From NCBI RefSeq assembly GCF_017876815.1, contig NZ_JAGIOS010000001.1:3090001-3122000 (forward strand): DNA of 32,000 nucleotides. The letters run 5' to 3'. This DNA is from Sinorhizobium meliloti. GTDB taxonomy: Bacteria > Pseudomonadota > Alphaproteobacteria > Rhizobiales > Rhizobiaceae. Made by a program: the position numbers and the translations under genes. Positions 17,078 to 25,139 of the stretch are shown here, in pieces (the first letter of the stretch is position 1; each line of letters starts with the position of its first letter). The notes under the pieces were generated by a model. The model was not told the origin of the DNA. It did no database searches and saw nothing but the letters and a program-made list of their open reading frames with translations.

Positions 17078-17860
17078 TTAGCTGCCGTAGACGTCGAAGG
17101 GGAAGTACTTTTCGTTGATTTGCTTGTACTTGCCGTTCGCGCGGATGGCCTCTATCGCCTTGTTGAGCTTTTCGCGCAGCGCATCGTCGCCCTTACGGAT
17201 TGCGATGCCGGCGCCCTCGCCATTGATGACGGGATCGATGGGCAGGGTGCCGAGCAGCTTGCAGCAGGCGCCGTCTTCGGTCTTCAGCCATTCGGAGAGC
17301 ACGACGACGTCGTCGATGGCTGCGTCGATGCGGCCGTTTGCGAGGTCGAGCTTGTATTCATCCGCGGTCGGATAGAGCTTCACCTCCGACTCCTTCATAT
17401 GCGCTTCCGCGTAGTTGGAGTGAGTGGTCGAGCCCTGCGCGCCCAGCGCCTTGCCGGAAAGGGCCGCCGCGGTTGCCTCGGTTATCGGTGAATCCTTCGG
17501 CACCACGATTGCCGGTGGCGTGTTGTAGTATTTGTTGGTGAAATCGACCTGCTGCTTACGCTCTTCGGTAATCGACATCGACGCGACGATAGCATCGAAC
17601 TTCTTGGCGATCAGCGCGGGGATGATGCCGTCCCAATCCTGCGTCACGAAGGTACATTCGGCCTTCATCTCTTCGCAAAGCGCCTTCGCGATGTCGATGT
17701 CGAAGCCGGTCAGCGTGCCGTCCGACTCGAGATTGTTGAAGGGCGGGTAGGCGCCTTCGGTACCGATCACGACCTTCTCGCCCTCTGCCATGGCAACGCC
17801 GGCCATAAGCACGAAAACGGCAGCCGATGCGGTGGCTGCAAGCCGTCTGGAAATACGCAT
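17078..17860 (-). CDS. Periplasmic polar amino-acid (Lys/Arg/Orn/His/opine-type) substrate-binding protein, family 3 SBP
   Basis: Signal peptide MRISRRLAATASAAVFVLMAGVAMA, then VVIGTEGAYPPFNNLESDGTLTGFDIDIAKALCEEM. The start is ATG 17860; the track start at 17998 is an extension. Confidence 0.9.
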   Translation of the reverse strand: MRISRRLAATASAAVFVLMAGVAMAEGEKVVIGTEGAYPPFNNLESDGTLTGFDIDIAKALCEEMKAECTFVTQDWDGIIPALIAKKFDAIVASMSITEERKQQVDFTNKYYNTPPAIVVPKDSPITEATAAALSGKALGAQGSTTHSNYAEAHMKESEVKLYPTADEYKLDLANGRIDAAIDDVVVLSEWLKTEDGACCKLLGTLPIDPVINGEGAGIAIRKGDDALREKLNKAIEAIRANGKYKQINEKYFPFDVYGS

Positions 17861-18265
17861 GATGTCCTCTCTGTTGGCTCGGCATCCGGTTCTTCTTGTT
17901 TCGCGGATGCCAATTGGCGCCGGGGCTTCAAGCCGCCGGTTGCGGCGATATTCGTACGGTTTTCCTGCAAAAATCAACTGGAAAGCTTTGCTTCCCACTG
18001 TTCGACGCGAATCATGTCCTTCGATCGTCGCAGAAGTTGCGCGCGAAGATGAACGGGCCGTTCAGGACCGGTTAATGTCGGCTTCTATAGGCCTTGCAGC
18101 GGAACCGATCCGCGGCTGCAGCGTTGCGGCTACGGCATTTCGGCCGAGGCATAAAAGGCCGGGACCGCGGATCATGGCCCTGTGACGAGGGCGTCATGGT
18201 GGGCGAGGCGATTGCAGTCGCGGTTGCACACCAGCGTCAGGACCTCCGAACAAGAGGAAGAAACA

Positions 18266-20515
18266 ATGTCGATACGATCCAGACTTTTCGCAACAGTGGC
18301 CTTGCCCGTTCTTTCGGCGTCCCTGATGATCCAGCCGGCCTTCGCTGACAGCCTGACCGCTCCGTTCGAAGTCGCTCAGGAAGGAGAGGGCCAACCGTCG
18401 CCCGAGGAGTTGTTGCTGAAGCGGAAGCAGCGCCAGGCCGAGGAGGAATCACAGGGGCAGGCGGAAGAGCAACAGCCGCAGGCCGAGGAGCAGCAAACGC
18501 CGCGCAAGAAGCGCCAGCAGCAGGCTGAAGAGCAGCCGGCAGCCGAAGAGAGTGCTCCGCAGCAGGCCGAAGAAGAGGCTCCGCGGCGCAAGAAGCGCCA
18601 GCAGCAGGCTGAAGAGCAGCCGGCAGCCGAAGAGAGTGCTCCGCAGCAGGCCGAAGAAGAGGCTCCCCGGCGCAAGAAGCGCCAGCAGCAGGCTGAAGAG
18701 CAGCCGGCAGCCGAAGAGAGCGCTCCGCAGCAGGCCGAAGAAGAGGCCCCCCGGCGCAAGAAGCGCCAGCAGCAGGCTGAAGAGCAGCCGGCAGCCGAAG
18801 AGAGTGCTCCGCAGCAGGCCGAAGAAGAGGCTCCCCGGCGCAAGAAGCGCCAGCAGCAGGCCGAAGAGCAGCAGCCCGCAGCCGAGGAGGGCGCGCCGCA
18901 GCAGGCCGAGGAACAGGAGCCTACGCGCAAGAGACGCCAGCAACAGGCCGAGGAGCAGCAGCCCGCAGCCGAGGAGGGCGCGCCGCAGCAGGCCGAGGAA
19001 CAGGAGCCTACGCGTAAGAGACGCCAGCAACAGGCCGAGGAGCAGCAGCAGACGGACGAACAGAGAGCCGCCGAGCAGCCGGGTGCCGAACCTGAGGGCG
19101 GCACGACCGTTGAGCAGCCCGCTACGGAGGCGCCGGCCGAACAGACGGGCGAGGGCGAGCAGCAGCCGGTGCCTGGCGCGGAACCACCCGCAACTGCAGA
19201 ACAGCAGGGTGAGCAGCCCGCCGGCCAACCGGCTCCCGAAGTCGTCGATGAGCGCTCGACGGAAGAAAGGCAGAAGATCGCTGAGGATCCCGCAGCCTCG
19301 GATGATACCGTCGTGCTTCCCGTCGAGAGGGGCGCAGCCGTCCTCGACAGCGACAAGGACGCCGACATCGCAGGCGGCAACCAGTCGCGCGAGACCCGAC
19401 GCAAGCAGCGCGAGGAACTGCGTGCCAAGCAGGAGAGCGTAGAAGTACCGACCGACGATGCGTCGGCACAGGCGGCGATCCCGGCCGAAGCCAGGGAAGA
19501 AATTCCGCAGAAGATCGAGGCTGTGCTCAGCGAAGAGGGCGAGCGCGTCGAAGAGGCTCCGACCTTTACAGTGCCGCAGACGACCAACATCATCAACAAC
19601 ACCGTCATAAACAACACGGTGAACAACACGACCGTCAATAACACCACCGAGAACAATGTGACGGAGGTGAGGGTTGTCGAAGAGGTCGACGATCGTGTCA
19701 TCCTCGGCGTCGGCGATCGCATCTTCGTGCGCGGTGACGACCGGCCGCGTCTGCGCAGGAATTCGGAAGAGAGTTTCTACGAGACTCTTCCGCGGGGCCG
19801 CGTCCGCGAGACGATCGTCCGCCCCGGCGGCTATCGGATCGTCACCATCTACAACGAGTACGGAGACATCCTGACGCGCACGCGCGTCGATCGCGGCGGC
19901 GAGGAATATGTCATGATGTACGCGCCGGAATATGAAGAAGACCGGCCTACTATCGTCGACGTGGGTTACGATCTGCCGCCGATGCGCCTGTCGATACCGG
20001 TGGACGAATATATCGTCGACGTCGCCGAGGATCCGGACCGGGATTACTACGAGTTCCTGTCCGAACCCCCGGTCGAGCCGGTCGAACGCGTCTACACCAT
20101 CGATGAGGTGCGTCACTCCGCCCGCCTGCGCGACAAGGTTCGCCGTATCGATCTCGACACCATCACCTTCGCGACGGGAAGCGCCGAGGTATCGATGTCG
20201 CAGGCGAAGACCATGCGCAACGTCGCGGAGGCAATGAACAAGGTCCTTGAGAAGGATCCGGGTGAAACCTTCTTCATCGAGGGTCACACGGATGCCGTTG
20301 GCGCCGACCAGTCCAACCTGGTCCTCTCCGACGAGCGTGCCGAGTCCGTCGCAGTGCTCCTGACCGAGGTCTATGGCATCCCGGCCGAAAACCTCGTCAC
20401 CCAGGGCTATGGAGAGCGGTTCCTCAAGATCCGCACGGATGGGCCGGAGCAGGAGAACCGCCGCGTCACCATTCGCCGCGTGACACCGCTGGTGCGCCCT
20501 GTAGCGCAGCGGTAG
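18266..20515 (+). CDS. Secreted OmpA-domain (peptidoglycan-binding) protein with a long acidic/basic tandem-repeat region
   Basis: Signal peptide MSIRSRLFATVALPVLSASLMIQPAFA with a GAGGAAG SD. C-terminal OmpA_C motif FATGSAEVS...FFIEGHTDAVGADQSNLVLSDERAESV...NRRVTI. Residues ~80-260 are built from 28/29-aa repeats. Confidence 0.85.
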   Translation: MSIRSRLFATVALPVLSASLMIQPAFADSLTAPFEVAQEGEGQPSPEELLLKRKQRQAEEESQGQAEEQQPQAEEQQTPRKKRQQQAEEQPAAEESAPQQAEEEAPRRKKRQQQAEEQPAAEESAPQQAEEEAPRRKKRQQQAEEQPAAEESAPQQAEEEAPRRKKRQQQAEEQPAAEESAPQQAEEEAPRRKKRQQQAEEQQPAAEEGAPQQAEEQEPTRKRRQQQAEEQQPAAEEGAPQQAEEQEPTRKRRQQQAEEQQQTDEQRAAEQPGAEPEGGTTVEQPATEAPAEQTGEGEQQPVPGAEPPATAEQQGEQPAGQPAPEVVDERSTEERQKIAEDPAASDDTVVLPVERGAAVLDSDKDADIAGGNQSRETRRKQREELRAKQESVEVPTDDASAQAAIPAEAREEIPQKIEAVLSEEGERVEEAPTFTVPQTTNIINNTVINNTVNNTTVNNTTENNVTEVRVVEEVDDRVILGVGDRIFVRGDDRPRLRRNSEESFYETLPRGRVRETIVRPGGYRIVTIYNEYGDILTRTRVDRGGEEYVMMYAPEYEEDRPTIVDVGYDLPPMRLSIPVDEYIVDVAEDPDRDYYEFLSEPPVEPVERVYTIDEVRHSARLRDKVRRIDLDTITFATGSAEVSMSQAKTMRNVAEAMNKVLEKDPGETFFIEGHTDAVGADQSNLVLSDERAESVAVLLTEVYGIPAENLVTQGYGERFLKIRTDGPEQENRRVTIRRVTPLVRPVAQR
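18503..19048 (+). repeat. In-frame tandem repeat inside the OmpA-domain gene: 4 x 84 nt, then 2 x 87 nt, plus a ~36-nt partial unit
   Basis: Unit starts (CGCAAGAAGCGCCAGCAGCAGG...) are at 18503, 18587, 18671, 18755, 18839, 18926 and 19013. Units 2 and 4 are identical, and units 1-4 differ at 1-3 positions. A degenerate copy lies upstream at about 18418-18502. Confidence 0.95.
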
Positions 20516-20540
20516 GGGCAACGAAGCATGCGAACTGACA

Positions 20541-20573
20541 TCGGGGCCGGGAAACCGGCCCCGATTATTTGTG
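20541..20573 (+). terminator. Rho-independent terminator of the OmpA-domain gene
   Basis: TCGGGGCCGG-GAAA-CCGGCCCCGA (10-bp stem, GAAA loop) followed by TTATTTGTG, 25 nt after the stop. Confidence 0.85.
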
Positions 20574-20629
20574 CGTTCTACAGCCCGCCTGTGTGCGCTT
20601 GTCTTGGATGGATGCCGTCCACTCGACCG

Positions 20630-21154
20630 TCAGTCACGCAGTCCCGTGACCTTCTCGACGAAATCGGCGATCGCCTGCGTGTCGTCCAGGTCGAATACGG
20701 GGAGCCCGGTGTCCGCGACCGGGTGATCGGCAGCGATGGCCATGATATGCGGATCGCTCGGAGCGAGCGGTTCGCGATGGGCCGATTCCTCGCGGCGCGC
20801 CTCGATTTTCGGGACAGGCTCGCGCTTGTAGCCTTCGATCAGTACCAGGTCGCAGGGGCCAAGACGCGACAAGATCTCTTCGAATGTGGGCTCCGGCGCC
20901 CCACGCAATTCATGCATGATTGCGAAGCGCGTCGATGAAACGATCGTTACCTCATGCGCGCCGGCCTCGCGGTGGCGGTAGCTGTCGGCGCCGACCTTGT
21001 CGATGTCGAAGTCGTGATGCGCGTGCTTGATCGTGGAGACCATATAGCCGCGCCGGGTCATTTCGCTGACAAGACGGACCATCAGGCCGGTCTTCCCGGA
21101 ATTCTTCCAGCCGGCGATTCCGAAAATCTTCGGTGGGCGCAAGGGGTCGTTCAT
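20630..21154 (-). CDS. mobB: Molybdopterin-guanine dinucleotide biosynthesis adapter protein MobB
   Basis: IFGIAGWKNSGKTGL P-loop, STIKHAHHDFDIDKVGADSYRHREAGA. ATGA overlap with mobA. Confidence 0.9.
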   Translation of the reverse strand: MNDPLRPPKIFGIAGWKNSGKTGLMVRLVSEMTRRGYMVSTIKHAHHDFDIDKVGADSYRHREAGAHEVTIVSSTRFAIMHELRGAPEPTFEEILSRLGPCDLVLIEGYKREPVPKIEARREESAHREPLAPSDPHIMAIAADHPVADTGLPVFDLDDTQAIADFVEKVTGLRD

Positions 21155-21807
21155 GGTTCGCGATCCTCCAGATAGGGCAACCAGGCCTCAGCCTGCCGAA
21201 GCTCTTCGGGGGTGTTGATGTTGAAGAAAGGGTCCAGCGGTCCGGCCGCCGTCGGGATCAGGGGAAACTCTACCGTTGCCGATTCGTGCCGCGCAATGAA
21301 GGCACGGACGCGCCGCTTTTCGTCCGCATGAATCCACGCCTCAAGATCATCGGCGAGCGCGACGGGCCAGAGCGCGAAAAGCGGATGCATCTCACCGGCC
21401 GAGAAAGCGACGGCGATTTCACCCCCGGACGTGATGGCGGTCTTCAGCCGGGCGGCAAGGCTCTTGGGAAAGAGGGGCGTGTCGACCGGCACGGTGAGCA
21501 CATGGCTAGCCCCCGGTGACTTGCGCACAGTATGGCGCATGGCGGCCAGAATGCCGGCCAGCGGGCCGACGAATCCGGGTATCGTGTCCGGCACGACCTC
21601 GAGACCAAACGCAGAAGCAGGATCCGGATCGGCATTCAGATTGATGGCGATGCCGGCGACCTGTGGCCGGAGGCGCTCGATCACGCGCGTAAGCATGCTC
21701 CTGCCCCCGAGCACCAGTCCTGCCTTCGGGCGCCCCATGCGCGAAGAAAGTCCGCCGGCGAGGATGACTGCCGGAGGGAATGTGGCGTGGGAGGGGGCGC
21801 CTGTCAT
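21151..21807 (-). CDS. mobA: Molybdenum cofactor guanylyltransferase MobA
   Basis: AVILAGGLSSRMGRPKAGL N-terminal motif, 218 aa, immediately upstream of mobB. Confidence 0.9.
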   Translation of the reverse strand: MTGAPSHATFPPAVILAGGLSSRMGRPKAGLVLGGRSMLTRVIERLRPQVAGIAINLNADPDPASAFGLEVVPDTIPGFVGPLAGILAAMRHTVRKSPGASHVLTVPVDTPLFPKSLAARLKTAITSGGEIAVAFSAGEMHPLFALWPVALADDLEAWIHADEKRRVRAFIARHESATVEFPLIPTAAGPLDPFFNINTPEELRQAEAWLPYLEDREP

Positions 21808-21822
21808 CGAGAACGTCCTCAG

Positions 21823-22737
21823 CTATTCCAGGGGGCCGCCGAGTGCGCGCTGCGCGACCGCCTGCCGGCCGCGCTTGCTCTCGCGATAGAAAGTATAAAG
21901 GCCGGAACCGATGATGATGGCGACGCCCGCCAGCATCCAGCGGTCCGGCGTCTCTGCGAAAAAGACGACCCCGAGGGTGACCGACCAGAGAAGGCTCATG
22001 TAGCGGAATGGCGCAATGACGGAGATCTCGCCCTCGCGCATCGCGAGTACGATCGTCTGATAGCCGAGCATCAGAAGCACGCTGGCGCCGGCGATGTGGC
22101 TGAGAGACGTCGCAGACATCGGTTGCCAGCCACCGAGCGGGACGATGAGGGCCGCACCGACCAGCGTCGTCACGAGTGAGGTCGTCACGGTGATGTACAG
22201 CGACGGCACGTCGGTGCCGATGCGGCGGGTGCAGAGGTCGCGGGTCGCGGTGCAGAAGACGCAAGCGACGACGGTGAGGGCCGCCGCGGTGAAGCCCTCG
22301 GGACCAGGACGCAATACGATGAGGACGCCGGCGAAGCCTACGACGATCGCCGCCCACCGCCGCCAGCCGACGGGCTCGCCGAGAAACAGCGCGGCGCCGA
22401 GCGTGACCGCCAGCGGAAGTGCCTGCATGATCGCCGAAGCGTTGGCGAGCGGGATCTGGCCGAGCGCGGAGATATAGGTCACCGATGCAAGCGCCTCCAT
22501 GGCGATGCGCAGCAGTATGGCCGGCCTGAAGATCGTCCGAACCGGCCGGAAGGCGCCGAAGCGGTATGCGACTACGACCACCATCAGCGTCGTCAGCAAT
22601 CCGCGCATGAACATGATCTGGCCTGTATTCATGGCGCCGGTGACCGATTTTACCAGCGCATCGTTGCAGGCGAACCCGATCATCGCGAGGCACATGAAGA
22701 CGATGCCGCGGAAATTGGCTGACGAGCGCATTCTCAT
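21823..22737 (-). CDS. DMT-superfamily (EamA-like) transporter
   Basis: 304 aa, about 10 TM segments, with two EamA-type halves. The alternate-frame track ORF 21506..22693 is Arg/His-rich and spurious. Confidence 0.85.
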   Translation of the reverse strand: MRMRSSANFRGIVFMCLAMIGFACNDALVKSVTGAMNTGQIMFMRGLLTTLMVVVVAYRFGAFRPVRTIFRPAILLRIAMEALASVTYISALGQIPLANASAIMQALPLAVTLGAALFLGEPVGWRRWAAIVVGFAGVLIVLRPGPEGFTAAALTVVACVFCTATRDLCTRRIGTDVPSLYITVTTSLVTTLVGAALIVPLGGWQPMSATSLSHIAGASVLLMLGYQTIVLAMREGEISVIAPFRYMSLLWSVTLGVVFFAETPDRWMLAGVAIIIGSGLYTFYRESKRGRQAVAQRALGGPLE

Positions 22738-22904
22738 TCCTGATAGCTTGTGGCCGAACGGCGCGAGCCTTCCCGGCGTGGCGAATCCCTACTGCATGTT
22801 CCTTAAATCCTATCCGATAAAGGACAAAAACATCCAGCAGATCAAAGAGCTGAGCGCTTCAAAACCGGTGCGATAGGAGATGTGACATAGAGCCGAGCAA
22901 TGCC

Positions 22905-22965
22905 TTGCCGCTTGTCCCTTCGCCCCGCTTGCGGGAAGAAGGTGCCGGCAGGCGGATGAGGGCCA
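22905..22965. repeat. REP/RIME-like GC-rich palindromic intergenic element downstream of moaA
   Basis: The minus strand reads CCCTCATCCGCCTGCCGGCACCTTCTTCCCGCAAGCGGGGCGAAGGGACAAG. The core hairpin is CCTTCTTCCCGC-AAGC-GGGGCGAAGG. From memory this resembles a repeat seen in many copies in Rhizobiaceae genomes. Confidence 0.5.
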
Positions 22966-22977
22966 AGACTGTCGCCG

Positions 22978-24027
22978 TTATCCCCCGGTGACGCTCATGT
23001 GGCGGGCGACGGCGGGGCGGTTGTGCTCGCGGTCGATGATGAAGTCGTGGCCCTTCGGCTTGCGGCCGATCGCCTCGTCGATGACCTGCGCGAGATAGGC
23101 GTCGTCGTCGGTGGCGCGCAATGCGGCGCGCAGATCGGCGGCGTCGTTCTGGCCGAGGCACATATAGAGCGTGCCGGTGCAGGTCAGCCGGACGCGATTG
23201 CAGCTTTCGCAGAAATTGTGCGTGAGCGGCGTGATCAGGCCGAGGCGGCCGCCGGTCTCCGCGACCTCGACGTAGCGCGCCGGGCCGCCGGTGCGGTAGG
23301 GGATGTCGCTGAGCGTGAAGTCGGCCTCGAGCCGCCTGCGCATCTCCGAGAGCGGCAGGTAATGGTCGGTCCTGTCCTCGTCCACTTCGCCCATAGGCAT
23401 GGTCTCGATCAGCGTCAGATCCATGCCGCGGCCATGCGCCCAGCGCATCAGTTCCGGTATCTCGGCGTCGTTGAAGTCCTTGAGGGCGACCGCATTGATC
23501 TTCACCTTCAATCCGGCTGCCAACGCCGCATCGATGCCTTCGAGCACCCTTGCCAATTCGCCCCAGCGGGTGATCTGGCGGAACTTGTCGGGGTCGAGCG
23601 TGTCGAGCGAGACATTGATCCGCCGCACGCCGCAATCGACGAGTTCGGCGGCAAATTTGGAAAGCTGCGATCCGTTGGTGGTGAGTGTCAGTTCATCCAG
23701 CCGTCCCGCTTCGATCTCCTTGCCGAGTTCGCGAATGAGGAACATGATGTTCTTACGCACCAGCGGCTCCCCGCCGGTGAGCCTCAGCTTGCGCACGCCC
23801 TTGGCAATGAAGGCGGAACAGAGGCGCTGGAGTTCCTCCAGCGTCAACAGGTCCTTCTTCGGCAGGAAGGCCATGTGTTCCGCCATGCAATAGGTGCAGC
23901 GGAAGTCGCAGCGGTCGGTGACCGAGACGCGCAGATAGGTGACCGCGCGGCCGAATGGATCGACCATCGGGGCAGTCGTGGTGTCGAGCGGTCTGGCGTC
24001 GGTCTGGTCTATAGCGGCCGTGTTCAA
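22978..24027 (-). CDS. moaA: GTP 3',8-cyclase (molybdenum cofactor biosynthesis protein A)
   Basis: Radical-SAM CDFRCTYCM, a C-terminal cluster [20 protein letters not shown], and GGEPL. TTG at 24027 is preceded by GGGAGAA and gives 349 aa. The track ATG at 24084 is an alternative with poorer codon bias. Confidence 0.9.
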   Translation of the reverse strand: MNTAAIDQTDARPLDTTTAPMVDPFGRAVTYLRVSVTDRCDFRCTYCMAEHMAFLPKKDLLTLEELQRLCSAFIAKGVRKLRLTGGEPLVRKNIMFLIRELGKEIEAGRLDELTLTTNGSQLSKFAAELVDCGVRRINVSLDTLDPDKFRQITRWGELARVLEGIDAALAAGLKVKINAVALKDFNDAEIPELMRWAHGRGMDLTLIETMPMGEVDEDRTDHYLPLSEMRRRLEADFTLSDIPYRTGGPARYVEVAETGGRLGLITPLTHNFCESCNRVRLTCTGTLYMCLGQNDAADLRAALRATDDDAYLAQVIDEAIGRKPKGHDFIIDREHNRPAVARHMSVTGG

Positions 24028-24180
24028 GTCTTTTCTCCCTGCGCATTCAATGTCGTGGTCAAAAAGGGTCGCGTCAAGGCGCATCCTGTCGCAAACTGTT
24101 TCAAATATCTGGAAAGCCGTCTGCGGACGATTTCCGACCGTTCAATTCTGCTTTACTTGAACGGGGACGAACACGGAGCA

Positions 24181-24561
24181 ATGACGATGAGCGTATTCTG
24201 GCCCACCGAACTGCGGATATCTAGGGATCGCCACCGCCTGTCCGTTACCTTCGACGACGGCGCGGCCTTCGACCTTTCCGCGGAACTCCTGCGGGTCCTC
24301 TCGCCCTCGGCAGAGGTGCAAGGACACGGCCCCGGCCAGCGGGTGACGGTCCCGGGCAAGCGCAACGTCCAAATCATCTCGGTCCAGCCGACGGGAAATT
24401 ACGCGGTGCGAATCGGTTTCGACGATTCGCACGACACCGGCATCTACACCTGGACCTATCTGCGAGAGCTCGGCGAGAAAGGCGAAGAGCTCTTCAAGGC
24501 CTATGAGCAGGAACTCGCCGACAAGGGTATGTCGCGCGACAAACCCGAAAAGCCGCGCTGA
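24181..24561 (+). CDS. DUF971 (gamma-butyrobetaine hydroxylase-like N-terminal domain) protein
   Basis: Only the last 126 codons of track ORF 22999..24561 are real. FWPTELRISRDRHRLSVTFDDGAAFDLSAELLRVLSPSAEVQGH...NYAVRIGFDDSHDTGIYTWTYLRELG is the DUF971 pattern. A GGAG SD lies before ATG 24181. Confidence 0.8.
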   Translation: MTMSVFWPTELRISRDRHRLSVTFDDGAAFDLSAELLRVLSPSAEVQGHGPGQRVTVPGKRNVQIISVQPTGNYAVRIGFDDSHDTGIYTWTYLRELGEKGEELFKAYEQELADKGMSRDKPEKPR

Positions 24562-24603
24562 CGTCTGGCAGCGTCCGGTAGCCGCCGACCGGGGAAGCCT
24601 CGT

Positions 24604-25095
24604 TCAGCCTCCCGCCGCCAACTCATCGTCCTTGAGCAAGGTGGCGATGATCCGCTCCATCGACTCGGCGACCTTGACGCAGTCCTCGATCGGCTCCCCG
24701 CCGTGCGAACTCTCGATGAGCGCCGTCTGAATTTCCATTGCCTCCTCGGTCAAGGCCCTTCCTGCTGAGGTCAGCGACAGACGCAACACGCGTTTGTCTC
24801 TTGCGTCGCCCCGCCTTTCGATGAGGCCGCGCCTTTCGAGCTGCGGCAGCAGCATGCTCATGTTTGAGCGGCCGACGAGCAGCTTGCGTGCAAGCTCCTG
24901 CTGGGTGATGCCGTCGAAGCGGTAGAGATTGACCAGGATGTCCAGGTGCGGCGGCTTCACATCGAGATGGGTCAGCCGCCGCGTCAATGTCTGCTGCATC
25001 AGCTGACAGGCGCGGGCAACGGCGATCCAACTTCGAAAACGAGGATGATCCCAGGGAAAGTGGTGGCTTTCGATCTGTGCTTGCTTTTTGTTCAT
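24604..25095 (-). CDS. MarR-family transcriptional regulator
   Basis: GITQQELARKLLVGRSNMSMLLPQLERRGLIERRGDARDKRVLRLSLTSAG winged HTH. The start is uncertain: ATG 25095 is preferred because ATG 25125 lies inside a perfect inverted repeat that looks like the operator. Confidence 0.85.
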   Translation of the reverse strand: MNKKQAQIESHHFPWDHPRFRSWIAVARACQLMQQTLTRRLTHLDVKPPHLDILVNLYRFDGITQQELARKLLVGRSNMSMLLPQLERRGLIERRGDARDKRVLRLSLTSAGRALTEEAMEIQTALIESSHGGEPIEDCVKVAESMERIIATLLKDDELAAGG

Positions 25096-25107
25096 CGTTG
25101 TACAATT

Positions 25108-25125
25108 ATGTTCATGGTTGAACAT
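25108..25125. promoter_or_regulatory. Perfect inverted repeat in the MarR / hydrolase divergent region (candidate MarR operator)
   Basis: ATGTTCA-TGGT-TGAACAT. The adjacent palindrome TTGTACAA lies at 25098-25105. Confidence 0.5.
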
Positions 25126-25139
25126 TAGAAAGCGCCACT

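Noticed and set aside
18503-19048. Possible CRISPR array or satellite, because of the regular 84-nt periodicity
   Set aside because: The units are directly abutting with no unique spacers. Unit lengths are multiples of 3 and the units are in frame inside a well-supported CDS. No cas genes are present.
18376-20521. 448-aa and 690-aa minus-strand ORFs antisense to the OmpA-domain gene
   Set aside because: They are low-complexity Cys/Ser/Ala- or Leu-rich translations of the repeat region read backwards. The plus strand has a signal peptide, SD, OmpA_C domain and terminator.
21506-22693. 395-aa minus-strand ORF overlapping mobA and the DMT transporter in another frame
   Set aside because: Its Arg/His/Asp-rich composition is typical of an off-frame reading. 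The in-frame DMT and MobA products have clear family features.
22999-24180. The first ~394 codons of the 520-aa plus-strand ORF
   Set aside because: This part is antisense to moaA, which has unambiguous radical-SAM motifs. Only the terminal 126 codons (DUF971, with its own SD and ATG at 24181) look genuine.
24028-24180. Moco riboswitch in the moaA 5' leader
   Set aside because: The leader is about 150 nt at most and is shared with a divergent promoter. I did not see the conserved Moco-motif segments. It was not tested with a covariance model.
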